Below are positions 26,958-39,118 of a stretch of DNA of 64,000 nucleotides, in pieces. The notes under the pieces are model-generated. The model did not search any database. It was not told where the DNA came from and saw only the letters and a list, made by a program, of their open reading frames with translations. Source of the DNA: Monocercomonoides exilis PA203 (lineage: Eukaryota > Protista > Preaxostyla); the NCBI GenBank assembly GCA_001643675.2, contig LSRY02000022.1, positions 930,001 through 994,000 of the forward strand, written 5' to 3'. The position numbers and the translations under genes were made by a program. Numbering within the stretch: position 1 is the stretch's first letter; every line of letters begins with the position of its first letter.

Positions 26958-28320
26958 GAAAAACAATAAGAAGAGGAGATTAGCAGTTGAGAAAGTTGAA
27001 AAGACATGATTCAATTATTCGTCATGCTTGATAATAGTCGGATTTTTGATTTTGAATTTCCATTTGTGGTCATCTTTAACTCATTTTTGCAAATGGGTTC
27101 TCTTTTTTGTTTTCTTTTTGATCTGTTCTCCAATTCAATAATGTATTCCATCCAAAAGCCCACATCACTTGATTTAAAAAAGAACTTATATTGGGCAATG
27201 AAAATGAAAAACAAGATGGAAAATGGCTGATCATTTATAAAAACGAAATTCTGATGGTTTCATTTTGTCATCATTTTTTTTTCAAAATAAATTTCTGCTA
27301 TTATTCAATTTTGCTTTAGAGAAGGAATATCATTCAAATGGTTGAGAATCTCATTTGCTTGGAAATGAATGATATATTGTCTGGGCTGTTCAATCATAAG
27401 CTCTGTTTCATCAGACTTCAGATTTCCTTAAAACATTGTGGTATTTATCTTATCTTCACCTTCAATTCATGCATATTTTGTATGGATTCATCAACTTTCA
27501 ATTCAAAACATTTGACACAATCACAGAAGAATTCAAAAAAATTTCACCATGTTGAACTTGCATTATCATCAAATCAAACCACCTATCAGTCAAGAAAATT
27601 TTCAAATAATCTCTCAAGAAAAAACCAAAAAATATAAGTATATTCATTTATTCAAAGTCGAGCTATTGCAACCATTTCCACAACAATTGGATTTTTCAAT
27701 TAATATCAAAATGAAAGAAATAAAAATTAATCGGAATTATTGCAAATATGAACGTTGTCAAAAAAAGAAATAATATTCAATTCATCTTTCATTGAAAGTT
27801 CGAAACTTAACAAACTTGAATACTTACAAATATCACTTTTTTTGATCAAAGCTCTCAAAGAAACAAGAACAAAAAGGATTCAGACTGCATATGAAACAAA
27901 GGAGGTTTGAATTTTAAAAAATTGATGAATTTAATAAGACACTTTTTTGGTGTTAAAAATCAACAAAACTGTCAAAACGAAAGAAGAATCTCTTTTTTGA
28001 AGATAAATGAAAGATAAGTTAGCACACAAACACATTTTTATTGCCAAATCAGTTATTTTGAGTATGATTTATAACATTCAACAATGAAGGTTCATAATAT
28101 AGATAGATTGCACATTATTGATTAACAAACGAAAAAAAGCGAATAAGCACTTTTATTTCCAAGAAAAACGATTTTCGATTCCTTTTCATTTATTTGAGAT
28201 CAATTGTGAGTTGAGGGTGTCTGATACCATCATGGCAATAGCTTTTGACGCTTTCCATTCCTTCTGAATTTCTTCTTTCTTTGATTGAGCTATTGTTCTG
28301 ATAATAAACCTTTTGTCATA

Positions 28321-31300
28321 TGGGTGATTTTTTTTGATATCATAAAAAATTCCGACGTTTGATCAAAATCAAATTTAATTAAGGAATTTGTTAATTAGAA
28401 AAATGAAAACGATGTTCTAACAAATATATTGATTAAATTATTATTATTATTTATTAGTTGATATAAATTAGTTTCCAATTGATTTTATTTCAAAATTTGT
28501 TAAAAAAATATTTTTTCAAAAAATATCAAAATTTCAATAAACAGTTCAAAATACAAGTTCAATCTTTAACATAACATTACCACAATGATTATCTTTATTT
28601 TATAAATCAATATCTTTTTTTAAAGTTAAATTAATGATGCTATTGAAAAAGAATAAAATAAGATAAGTTGAAATCGATAAATATTTAATGAAAACAATCA
28701 ATTTTCAAGTGTTTCATCATCTGATTCCCCAACCAACCTTTTTATAAATCAATTCTCCTATACGTGGTTCGATTACTTGCTATTCTGAAATATGTAATAT
28801 TGTGTTTTCTGTTTTATATCCATTTTTCTCGACTTTAAACAGATTGTTTTTCCTCATACAATAATATCTCCAATTCCCTTCCCAATCCCTTCATCCTGGG
28901 CACTTTCCATATGAATTCGCTCTCCCAACTCAATAGCCACCCTGCACAACGAGATATCCCGCTTTCATTCATTTTCATTCTTTTTCGCATCCTGCCCTGA
29001 AAACAACACAAAAACATTCAACAGATAAATATTCATATAAAGAAAAATAAATAAAGAACAAACTGAACTTCGACTGTTTTTTGCCAAGCACACTCATTTC
29101 CACAGCCATCATCATTCAAAAAATCAATCTCTTCATTTCAGCCTCAGAATGGTTGAACACAACAAGAAATGCATCTCCACAAAATACATCGTGCATTTCA
29201 CTGAAGTGTCTTCTCACCCCGCACACGTTGCAGTAGATGTGCAGAGGTGTTTTTTCTATTTTTGTTATGATCATCTCCTTTAATAATATTCTCAACCACC
29301 CAAATCAATATTTGATGTTTATCTCACCAACGCCAGGCACATGAGGGATATGGTGCAGTGAAGAGACGGAAGAGGATTATTTGTGGCAGTGGGTGAGAGT
29401 TGAGTGTTCTTTTGAATGTTAATATTTCGAGAGAGGTTATTGAATGGAAGAAATTCTGAGTCAAAGGGATGGGGAAGGAACAGGTGGAGATTTGGAGAAG
29501 ATAATGTAGATAATATGTAGAGAAGTGACTGAGGATGGTGAGGAAGATATTTGAGACAAATTGGAGAAATGGATTTTGAAAAGAAAGAAAAGAGGGTTAA
29601 AGCTTGAAAGAAGAGGAAAATTGAGAAATGTTGAAAGGCTTGAAAGAAGGGTATTTTTTATGAGAGGAGAAGAATATTTTATGGAAGAGACAGGGAAAGA
29701 TGAAGAAAAGGAAGGGATTGATATTTTCTGATGATTTTGTGAGCTGAGCGGAAGAGGGAAATGGAATGGAAATTGAAAGTTTTATCATTATCAATTTCTG
29801 AGGGGAAAAACAAGGAAATCGCAAAAAGAAAGTGAATCGACTTTGAAGGAATCAAGCTTTTTTGATTAATAACATAACTTCAGCCATAATATTTGCAATT
29901 TGGATTATTGTCTCTTGCAAAGTTGACGAGTCAAATGTGATATCACATTCATTCAATAACGTCATATGAAGTCAAGAAATCTTCGCTAAAAATATCATTC
30001 GACTGATTTCACATTTCTCAATACTCTCGCCTTCTTCTTATTTTTCGCCTTCTTCTTATTTTTCGCCTTCTTCTTCTGTGACATTTCTTTTCACTTCGTA
30101 TCAGAACAGACCATCGACCTTCAGATGCATGTGAGCTGTTCAATCCGCGGCTTGATTGCACCTTCCAAAAATTATTTCATTCAATTTTCCTACTCCCAAC
30201 AGTATCATCCTCACTGTCAATGCATTTCGTAACTTCGCAGGATGGGAATTTGAACAGCTTTCCTTTTCCGTTGCAGTGCATCCAGCTTTGCTTCAGCGTT
30301 TCGAACGAAATCCTTGCGCCGGCTGTGCAGAATAAGCTGAATGGGCATAGAAAGAGAAATGGTAGTGGGAGGGAAGGAGCTGACAGCAATATCGCACTCA
30401 TGCTCTCGCTTTGCGATACTGCCAAGGAGCAAAGAGAGAGGAGTTCAAGTTCAAATGGAAGAGGCAAAGAATGTTGATTTCAGAAGCAAATTGAGCGCGG
30501 AGCTGAGGAAAGGGAAGCAGCATGAAGATCCAAGACAAAGAAGAGGACGAATGAGAATGGTGAGTTTTGCACATCGCAAATTAACGCATTCGATACAAGA
30601 CATGCAAAGACGGCAATAGAAAAAGAGGAAAGAGGAAGGAGAAGAGAAAGATGAGGAAGATGAAGAATTGGTGAATCCAACGAAGGAGATCAAAAAAAAG
30701 ATGAAGATAAAATGGTGTTCATGTTGAGCTAGTCCTCACGCAAAAGGTCATCAAAGCACTATGTCTCTACTCCATTCTATCCTGCACTCACCTTCGCAGC
30801 TGACTCCATAGATTGCCTCATCATCAATGCTAAGCAGCACCGATCTTGCAATCATTCGTGATGCTCACAGCCGAAGAACACATGCAGCTCCTGGCTCAAA
30901 AAGGACGCAGGACAGCACAGACACAGCTCAATGCAATCCAGCGAGTATTGTTGAGCAGCCATATCTTAGTCGCCAAACCCCATTCTCAATCTCAAGTAAA
31001 GCTTTCAGCTTTCAGAATTGTATTTGAAAGAGGGTGAAATCAATACCTCAACAATTGAAGCATTCTCTTTCATTCCCTTCATTTTATTCTTCTCCATCTT
31101 TTTTATCTTCTGCATGCACCTCTTCTTCTTCTTCTACAAACCCTCAACTTCTTTCATAATCTGAATTCTCTCTGATTGTCGGTACCAACGTAGCAAGCAA
31201 ACGAACAGAACTTGTCCACAACTCAGGAGGAGTAGAGAAGTGCTGCCCAAACTGCTTTGAGAACGAACATGGGCCAGAGCAGTTGAAAAAGGAGCGAAAT

Positions 31301-33829
31301 GATAAAATATTCAGTACATGTCAAACTCCACAAGGGAGAGAAGAACTGGGCATGCCATTGTTTTATTGCTGCTGATGCCGAGAGCCGAAGGAAGAGAAAG
31401 AGAAGATAGAAGGTTTGGAAGAAGAGCGGAAGGATATCAGTTGTCATCATCAAAGTGAGTGGCTTGTGAAGCAAAAGAAATTGTTGCCATAGGGAGAGAT
31501 GAGAGGGATGATGGAGAGAGGGTGAAATGGGGGTGAAGCCAAAATGAAAGAAAAAGATAAGCAAGAGAAAGAGAAAGAAGGTGATGAAAAGGGGGGAAAA
31601 ATAGCATTAACGAAAAAAGAATGAGGGTTGTGTCAAATTCAATGTAGATTTTGACGATTGAGTTGTTAGAGCAGGAACTTTGGAAGAGCTTTCAGTTTGT
31701 GTAAGAAGAATAAGACGAGTTTGATAAAAATGAGAAAGAAAAGGAAGGATTTTCAAGAAGGGGAGAGGAAGCTGCATTTGTAAAATTTGAACGCGTTGAA
31801 ACAGAATTTGCGACGAGAAACGCAATTAACTCAAAGACTGAAAGATTGATAGAAAACAAAAGAAAAAATAGAAAAGTGGATGATGCAAGAAAAGAAGTGA
31901 GCATTTTTTTAAGAAGAAGAGGAAGATAGTTAGCGGTGGAGTTAATAGAAGTTAGGCGAGTGGACGAGCTTGCAAAGATACAGAAAAGTGAAAGGAATCC
32001 GAGCTTTTGATGAGAGATTATTTTCCTGTTTGTGGTGATGTTATGGTAGTGTATGAAGAGAAAGATACAGAAGCTTTATGAAAGCTGGGAAAAACAATGA
32101 ATTCTTTATTTACAAGAAGATGAAGCAAATGGAAAGGAAGCGAAACATTGAGCTGAAGCTGGGCCAGCGCTTGTTAAGAAGACGCAAAGAAACACGGTTT
32201 TGATTCTGGAGTGAAAATGAAGAAGAGAGAATGGATTTAAAAGAAAAAAGAAGAATACTTGAAAGACAGAGGAATTGTTGTGGAAGAGCCAAGGAGTTTG
32301 TATAAATCAACAGTCTTTTCTTCTTCAGCCGTTGAAGAAATCGTCGTTTTGTCTTATTTGAATTGGAAATAGCTTTTTTCTGTAAAATCAAATGCCAAAC
32401 GATCTTCATTCACAATATTCACACTATTCTAGCTCTTCACAAACACATTCTTCCCAATTTTTACACTGCATCCAGAAAAAGATCTGATGAAAGCTGATAT
32501 TCTTCTATATTCAAGCAATCAACCAAATTTACACTTCCTCCTTTCCCAAACACTTTCTTCATTGCTTTTTTTATTTTGCTCTTCTCCGACAATGTCACCT
32601 CAATTCTGGGTCCAATTATCACCATTCCAACTCCCATGCTCTCTCCAATCATTCCTTTCTCTTCTTCTTTCTCAACAACCTTCCCACTTCTTCCTTCATC
32701 TTTAGCCATCAAGATCACCAATACACCGATAAATCAGCACATACAATTTTTTCCACCTAATGTCCAGCACCTTCTTTTTAAGCCCAATCGCTTTGTGCAC
32801 ACTCTCGCATTTTTCATTTTGCAATTCGCAAAACAATTATTCAATGAAATGAACATATTCCATACGCCATATTAGCAAAGAATCCATCCAGTAATATAAA
32901 CTACCCAACATTTCAATTGCTGAATACTTCAGTTCTTTCGTTCCCAACAATAGAATTATTCTTTTGTGTGATGCTTCTCATGAGGAGAATAATGGCTCTT
33001 TCTCAGAAGCGAGACGAGACTCGAACACAAAACACATATATCTTCTGCGTCTTTCTCATTCACCCACTTTCTCGTTCACTCAGAACAGGCTAAACTTTGT
33101 GAAAAGAAAAACGTGTTTAAAGAGGAGATTTGCGGGAGCTGCTGGAGTTATCGAGGATCGCAGTGATAAGAATTATGAAAAAGTGCTGAAAGGAGAATCC
33201 TACAACATCAGAGTCGTTTTTGAAAGAAGATTTGAACGAGGAAGAATGGAAAGGGAAGGAAGAAGAGCGAAGGATATAGAATGAAGTTGTTTAATCTGTG
33301 GATCTGAAAAGGAGAAAGAGATTCTAAGATAAAGTCAGATATTGTCTATAGTGTAATTTGATAATCCACGATTTCGTTTAACGTTTGATGAAGCCGTTGA
33401 GCTATATGGTTGTTTTGAAAACTTGGTGACTTCATTTCAAATGAAGAAAAAGAAAATTCATTTATTTTTACAGAATATTTTAATTTTCGAAAAATTTGCA
33501 ATATTTTCCAGATCTTTCAATATTTTTTCTTTTATAACCTCTGTTTTACATGTTAAGAACTTTTATTTTATCTTTCTGATGAATTTGTTGGATTAACTTT
33601 ATTAATTTTTGGTTTATTTTTATCAAACTTGATCAATAATTTGTTTTTCACTCATAATATAAAAAAGGTTTGTTTTTTTGCATATAATAATTAAACAAAT
33701 ACATATTACAGAAATATAAGCTTAATACTTGTAAAAAAATCAATTTTCCTCTTTGATCAATAAATACCACTATTGATTTTATTTTATCGATTTTTGATCT
33801 TTTTTTATGATATCAAAAAAAATCACCCA
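28321..33829. mobile_element. 5.5-kb non-autonomous cargo-carrying TIR element (pogo/Tc1-mariner type, TA TSD)
   Basis: Perfect 29-bp TIRs TGGGTGATTTTTTTTGATATCATAAAAAA; TA at 28319-20 and 33830-31; the empty site restores an open frame; interior consists of broken gene fragments on both strands. Confidence 0.85.
30028..30076. repeat. 18-bp tandem repeat, ~2.7 copies (cgccttcttcttattttt)
   Basis: Read directly from the sequence. Confidence 0.85.
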
Positions 33830-33969
33830 TATTCTGTATCCTCTTTTTCATCTTCCTTTGGTTCTTCAATCTTCGAAGACATTATCACTTGGGAGTCTTC
33901 TTTCAATTGGTTTCTGCCCTTTCTTTTTCTATGTAATACAGCTTTCTCACAATTGTATTCTTCTTTTTA

Positions 33970-35004
33970 TCATTGTTCTGGCTTTCTTTCCTTCCTCTCT
34001 GTTCGTCTTTTTCAGTATATTGTTCCTGCGTTATCGAACTTTCTGGTGATGAAGCAATCACCCTGCCCATTGATGAGGCTCAATCTGAGAAAAAGAAATG
34101 TTTCAACAATGTGTTTGTTTGTGATGAAAGACGAGCAAACTTTGCAATATGCACTAGAGGAACACCTGTCATTGCCAAAGCCGAAATCAAAGCTACATTG
34201 ATTGGGTATGGAGTAAATGTGTCTTGTATTCCGTAATTGATAAGCGCTTCCTTGGCAAGTTTGCGAATCCCTCCTGCTGTTAATGAGGTCTGGGTATTTG
34301 TATTAAGGAGCAAACTGTTTGTGTTTGTATTGGCTTATTGAACTCTCTCCCACCAGGTCAAAAAAGGAAAAGCAGGACAAATAAGTGGCAATTCTGAGAA
34401 ATACGGAATAGCAATCTCTGTGCGTGTCTCCGAAGTCTTCAATCTCATATCAAGATATATTCCTTCTTCTTTAAGCCTTGAATTTCTCATGTCGATTCTC
34501 TCTTGCTTTGAAAATCTGCAAACTGAAAATAACATTGTTAACACAATCACCTTTATTGTCAGTTGCTAAAAGCTCAGTGTCTCATTCGGTCCCTGATCTG
34601 CAAAATATTTCAACAACGTCTGTGGGTTCCAAATTTCTCTGTTTTCTTTTCTCTTTGATCTGTTTGTTCTTCTGAACGCTCTGAATAGCATCTTAATGAG
34701 TGGGATATCACCTAAGCACGTATTGAAAACGAGACTGGAATAAAAAGAAACTGCAGCTCTTGTTATTTGCAGGCACGTAAGCGGCATTCCTCCATTTCTG
34801 AATAATAAAAATACGTTGGCGCAATTCGACGCCCAATCGAATATATTGTCTGGTATTTCTTTGTGGCAACATTCTTCCCATTGCTTTCCAAAATGTGCAA
34901 AGCCAAAGAGGTATCCTTTCCACGTTGTCTCCGCTATTCCCTTGCGGCACTCCTCTGCAATATCGGTTGAGAAAGTTTTCTACCACATAGAACGTTTCTT
35001 CCAT
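33970..35004 (-). pseudogene. DIRS tyrosine recombinase (degenerate)
   Basis: LTMLFSVCRFS (catalytic Arg box), LKT, LICP, GIQDTFTPYPINVA (decayed HxxR box), FARLSSQTNTLLKHF (Tyr box decayed). Confidence 0.75.
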
Positions 35005-35079
35005 TCTTCTCCATCACGCTGAATGAATTCAACAACATGATCCTCAACCGTACTGCAGGAAGACTGGCATTCATCAATT

Positions 35080-35440
35080 GCATTGAAAGGCATTTCTGTA
35101 AAACTTCCTTCTCCAGCTTCCAGTCTCAGTTCCTGTGTGGTATCGACTTCAAAAGAGCGTCCCAGTTCTAGCCTCTCCAGTTCGGCAGGAGTAAGATCAC
35201 TTGTGCTTTCTCACTTTTCGCTTTCTGAATCGTTCGTGCAATCAGACGCACAGGAGGGTAAGCCAAAACAACTTCGTCTTTCCATGGAACCATAAGACCA
35301 TCCTCTGCAATCGGACTGTTGATGCCACACAATCTCTCCAACTTGTGATTGTGACTTGCTGCAAACTCATCGAGTGTCGGTGTCATCTGTGCTATCTTTA
35401 GAATCTCTGGCAGCTCTTCTGCTCGCACTTCGTTATCACC
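35080..35440 (-). pseudogene. DIRS-associated DNA N6-adenine methyltransferase (phage Dam-like) domain
   Basis: PTLDEFAASHNHKL...EDGLMVPW...LAYPPVRLIARTIQK...VILLLPNW matches the DLFAS-N-K / W / (F/N)PP / P-W pattern of the DIRS MT domain. Confidence 0.8.
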
Positions 35441-35449
35441 TGCTCTCTC

Positions 35450-36900
35450 CAGTCTTGACAGCGTCTGCCCTTATGTTCTCGATGCCTGGGATGTGTGAAG
35501 CTCTCATCTCTATATGCATTTCCTCCTTCCATTTCCATATCTTTCTCAGAACGTGTCTCAAGTTCTTTCCTGCATTCCTTCTGTTTACATTGAAGACAAC
35601 CGCTGTGTTGTCCGACCTCAGATGAAGTCGACTGATTCCATTCCTCCAGAGCGCTGGGCCAAAATGGTTGAGAGCTAACTACACCGCCATTAACTCCCTG
35701 TAATTCGATGACTGTTTCGAAAGTTGCTGTGGAAGTCGATTGTGTGCGTCTAGCTGTTGATTGTTGATTGACAGCGTAGTTCCCCACGCCGCTTCCGATG
35801 CATCTGTTGTCATCACTGCCTGTGGGACAAATACTAGAATTTGCTTACGTTGAGGGCGTGATTTCAATATCTTCCTCCTTTGCAGAATCTGCTGTATACT
35901 GGATTCGTTGATTCTCATCTGGCAGTTCCATCCTTTCAACTGCAAGCTTTTTTATAAGATGTGATACATGGAATGCAGCCATAGGGAAGCGTCTTGCGAA
36001 ACAAAGAGGATTACACTGAGTTTTCCAATGAACGAGGCGAAATCTCTTATTCTCACCTTCTTGGCTTTCACTGCTCTCTCTTTCCATTTGTCCACTTCTT
36101 TCATCAATGCAAGTCTCCTGTCTTCCGTCAACTGGACCTCTATCATTTCCGTGTTCCATCTGTTTCCAAGAGAAACAAACTCTCAACTGATTGATAAGTT
36201 GTATTCATTCTTGTTCACAAGCAACCCAAACGACTCTAAAAACTGAACAATCTCTTCCATAATTCTTCTTTAATGCATTTGATTTTGATGCAATATTAGC
36301 AGGTCGTCCAAATAAGCTACCAACTGCACATGCCATCTTCTTCTTATTTCCTTTGTCACTTTCCTCATTTCATGTGTGAATATTCTGGGTGCATCAACGA
36401 ATCCGAAAGTCGTTCATTTGAATCTGTAATCTTTTCTGAGAAATCTGAAAGCAAGACATAGCTTGAGATCCTTTGAAACTGGGGGAAGATAATATGCCTG
36501 ATGAAGGTCGATCGTCACTGCCCAATCTTCTTCCAGCAATATTCTCTCCACTGTTCTCTCGTTGTCGCATTTGAAATGCGTTCTGAGGACCGCTGCATTC
36601 AAACGACGACAGTCTAAGATCTGCCTCCATGTTCCGTTCTTTTTCTTGATCAGGAATACGTTGTTCCTGTGTTTGACTTCTTCCTGCTTTATCTCCTCCA
36701 CTATTCCTGTCCTCGTCTGTTCCTCCAACAAATCCTTGAAGGCTCTTCTGTGCTCCTCGCTTGTTCGCTTGGCTCCATTTCTGAACGACTTTTTTGAAAG
36801 TTTCTCTCTCTCTTCTGCTCTTCCACATTGCTTGGACTCCATTTCGGATCAAATCTCCTCCTCCAATCTCTTTCCTTGCCTTTGAGAACAGCACCGTCCT
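35450..36900 (-). pseudogene. DIRS reverse transcriptase + RNase H (degenerate)
   Basis: VFLIKKKNGTWRQILDCRRLN, IDLHQAY, AYLDDLL (~36297-36318), RNase H motifs TTDASEAAWG, NYRELMAV, LRSDNTAVV. Confidence 0.9.
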
Positions 36901-36947
36901 TCCTCCAATGATCTGAACTGGCTGCAACTTTTTCTCTGTTGTTTTCG

Positions 36948-38109
36948 TCAATTCATTTGAAGACCCTGACTCTGACTTGTCCATCCTGTTGCTCTTGTTC
37001 GGCTTCCATAGCTTCTCCTTCCTGAGAAAGAGTGGTGTCCGTAACGAAAAAACTTCTGACCTGCTCCTCCTTTTGACGGAGCCTGAACTGAGCTGGATGA
37101 AGGAAAATCCCTTTTTTCTTTTCGTGCCTCAAGCACAGCTTCAATAATCCTGTATCTCCTTCGCGCACCAGCCATATCAGTTTCCAGCTCCGATTCTTTC
37201 AAGATCTGTTCTTGTCTCGATGTCAATAGTCCAGCCGCCGCTTCCGCTCTCATTTTCTCCGCTGCTTTAAACCCGAACCGCCCTTGTATTCTGGTATTTC
37301 TAGACTCCTGGAACGCTTTAGCCTTAAGCACAAGTGCATCTGAAGCTCTCTGTCGTGCACTCTCCTTGTTGGAATCCATTTCGGCTAAGCAAAACATAAC
37401 GGCTTTGAACGCTTGACACAGGCACATCTCCTGCATATATCCTGTGCTATCTAGGTCATCGTTGAACCAGTTCTTAAATTTTGTAGCTGGTGGAGGCATT
37501 GGAGGAAATAAGGTGCTTCAATCGTGCAAGGAATATTCCTGCTGAATTGTTTCCACGGAGAAAATTGGAATCTGAATGCAGAGTAAGGATTTGTATGGAT
37601 CCTGTCCAAAAATTTGGGTAATTATTTTTGAAATCATTATATTTCATTCAAATTTTTCTGTTCAAAAATTTTCTTTGGATAAAAATAAATGATCACTGAA
37701 TAGTGAAAAGGCTTAATATAAAAATATTAATCTCAATTTCAGCAGATTCACTTATTCTCTTAACATTCGTGATAAATAAAGGATTAAAATTCAATAGCTT
37801 CACCCAATGACAAACAGATTCTGAATAAATAACACACCGAAAAAAGTTATGATTTCAAAAATAATCACCCATTTCTTCAAAAACAGATGCTGCAGCTTCG
37901 TATATGCCTTCTTCTTCTTCTCGTTTGCTCTTTTCTCTATCTGACGGCTGTGTTGAAGATCCTGTAGGCTGGTTGATAAAAGGCGGAGAAAGGAGCTGTT
38001 GTTGCGGTTGGACGTTCATTTGGCTTTGGACCCCACCTGGCAGTCCGTCTGTTTCTGTCGACGGCGTAAGTCCAGGAAATGTCGAGAATAGCGAGGATTT
38101 CTTCATCAA
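36948..38109 (-). pseudogene. DIRS gag-like ORF, split by a MITE
   Basis: Lies upstream of and overlaps the pol frame. Removing 37615-37871 plus one TT joins ORFs 37855-38109 and 36948-37499 in frame, leaving one internal TGA. Confidence 0.65.
37615..37871. mobile_element. 257-bp MITE (TGGGT family), TT target duplication
   Basis: TIRs TGGGTAATTATTTTTGAAATCAT / ATGATTTCAAAAATAATCACCCA. Interior aligns with the reverse complement of 44527-44788. Confidence 0.88.
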
Positions 38110-38347
38110 TCCGATCGTGGCGATGACCCATTGATCGTGACCTCAAATGAAGGAGAAGGAATTGAATGTTTGTTTTTCTTGAAAATAAAGGTGCTTATGC
38201 ACTTTTATCATTATCATCTTCTTCCTCCTCCTCCTCTCCTTCTTCTTTTTCCTCTTCTTCTTCCTCTTCATCTCCTCCTCCTCCTTCTCCATTAACATTT
38301 TCCATTTAAACATCTTCAACCCTTCTTCCACACAAAACCCATCTGAC

Positions 38348-39086
38348 ATGACTCATGAAACTTTTCTCTCTCCTCATCGCATTCTTCACACAAGAAAAAG
38401 AAACTATCCGCCTTCTCCTAGAATTCCTCCTTTTCAAGGGAGAGCAGAAAAGGAGAAAGAGAAGCATAAAACAAGTGAAGTCAGAGTGAAAGATGAGAAA
38501 GATAAAGAAATGAGCATGAGAAATTTGAAAAATGACAATGAGGTTATTCGATTTGAAAAAGGAAATATTCAAATAAATGAGAAAGACAAAAATAACCATT
38601 CATTTAATCAACTGGAGAATTCAACAAAGCAGACAAATGATGAGATCACAGGAATCGTGGATCCATTGAAGCAAAATTCGACTCATCATCATCATCAGCA
38701 GCAGCAACAGCATCATCAACAAAATTATCAACAGGATAATCAAGTGAATCAATTTTATCCACATGATCAACAAAATGTCTTCAATCAACAACAACAACAA
38801 CAACAGCAAAATAAACAAATGAAAAGAATGATTTCAGAGCAAAGAGAAGATGGACTGATCAATTTTGGTGATTCATTTGGGCGAAGAGCAGAATTTCTTA
38901 AAAAGACAGTGAAGAAAGAGATTGCGCAGATGAAAGGGGAGAATGTGAGCAAAGGAAGAAACCAGAATGGGGAAGAGAAAGAAGAGAAACAAGAAATTGA
39001 AGGCAAAGAAGCAAATGCTATTCATAATGATGTGAAAGAGAATGAGAATGAAAAAGAAAACATATTCAATGAGAATTACGAAAACA

Positions 39087-39118
<32 letters not shown>

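Larger units (their letters stand above)
33830..38112 (-). mobile_element. Decayed DIRS-like tyrosine-recombinase retrotransposon (gag, RT, RNase H, MTase, YR)
   Basis: Domain order on the minus strand matches DIRS1-like elements; multiple stops and frameshifts. Terminal repeats not identified. The 3' tail probably continues at 28187-28320 beyond the nested element. Confidence 0.88.

Noticed and set aside
29400-29820. Second shared cargo segment with 57440-57740
   Set aside because: The similarity is limited to purine-rich words and could be compositional; it needs an alignment with statistics.
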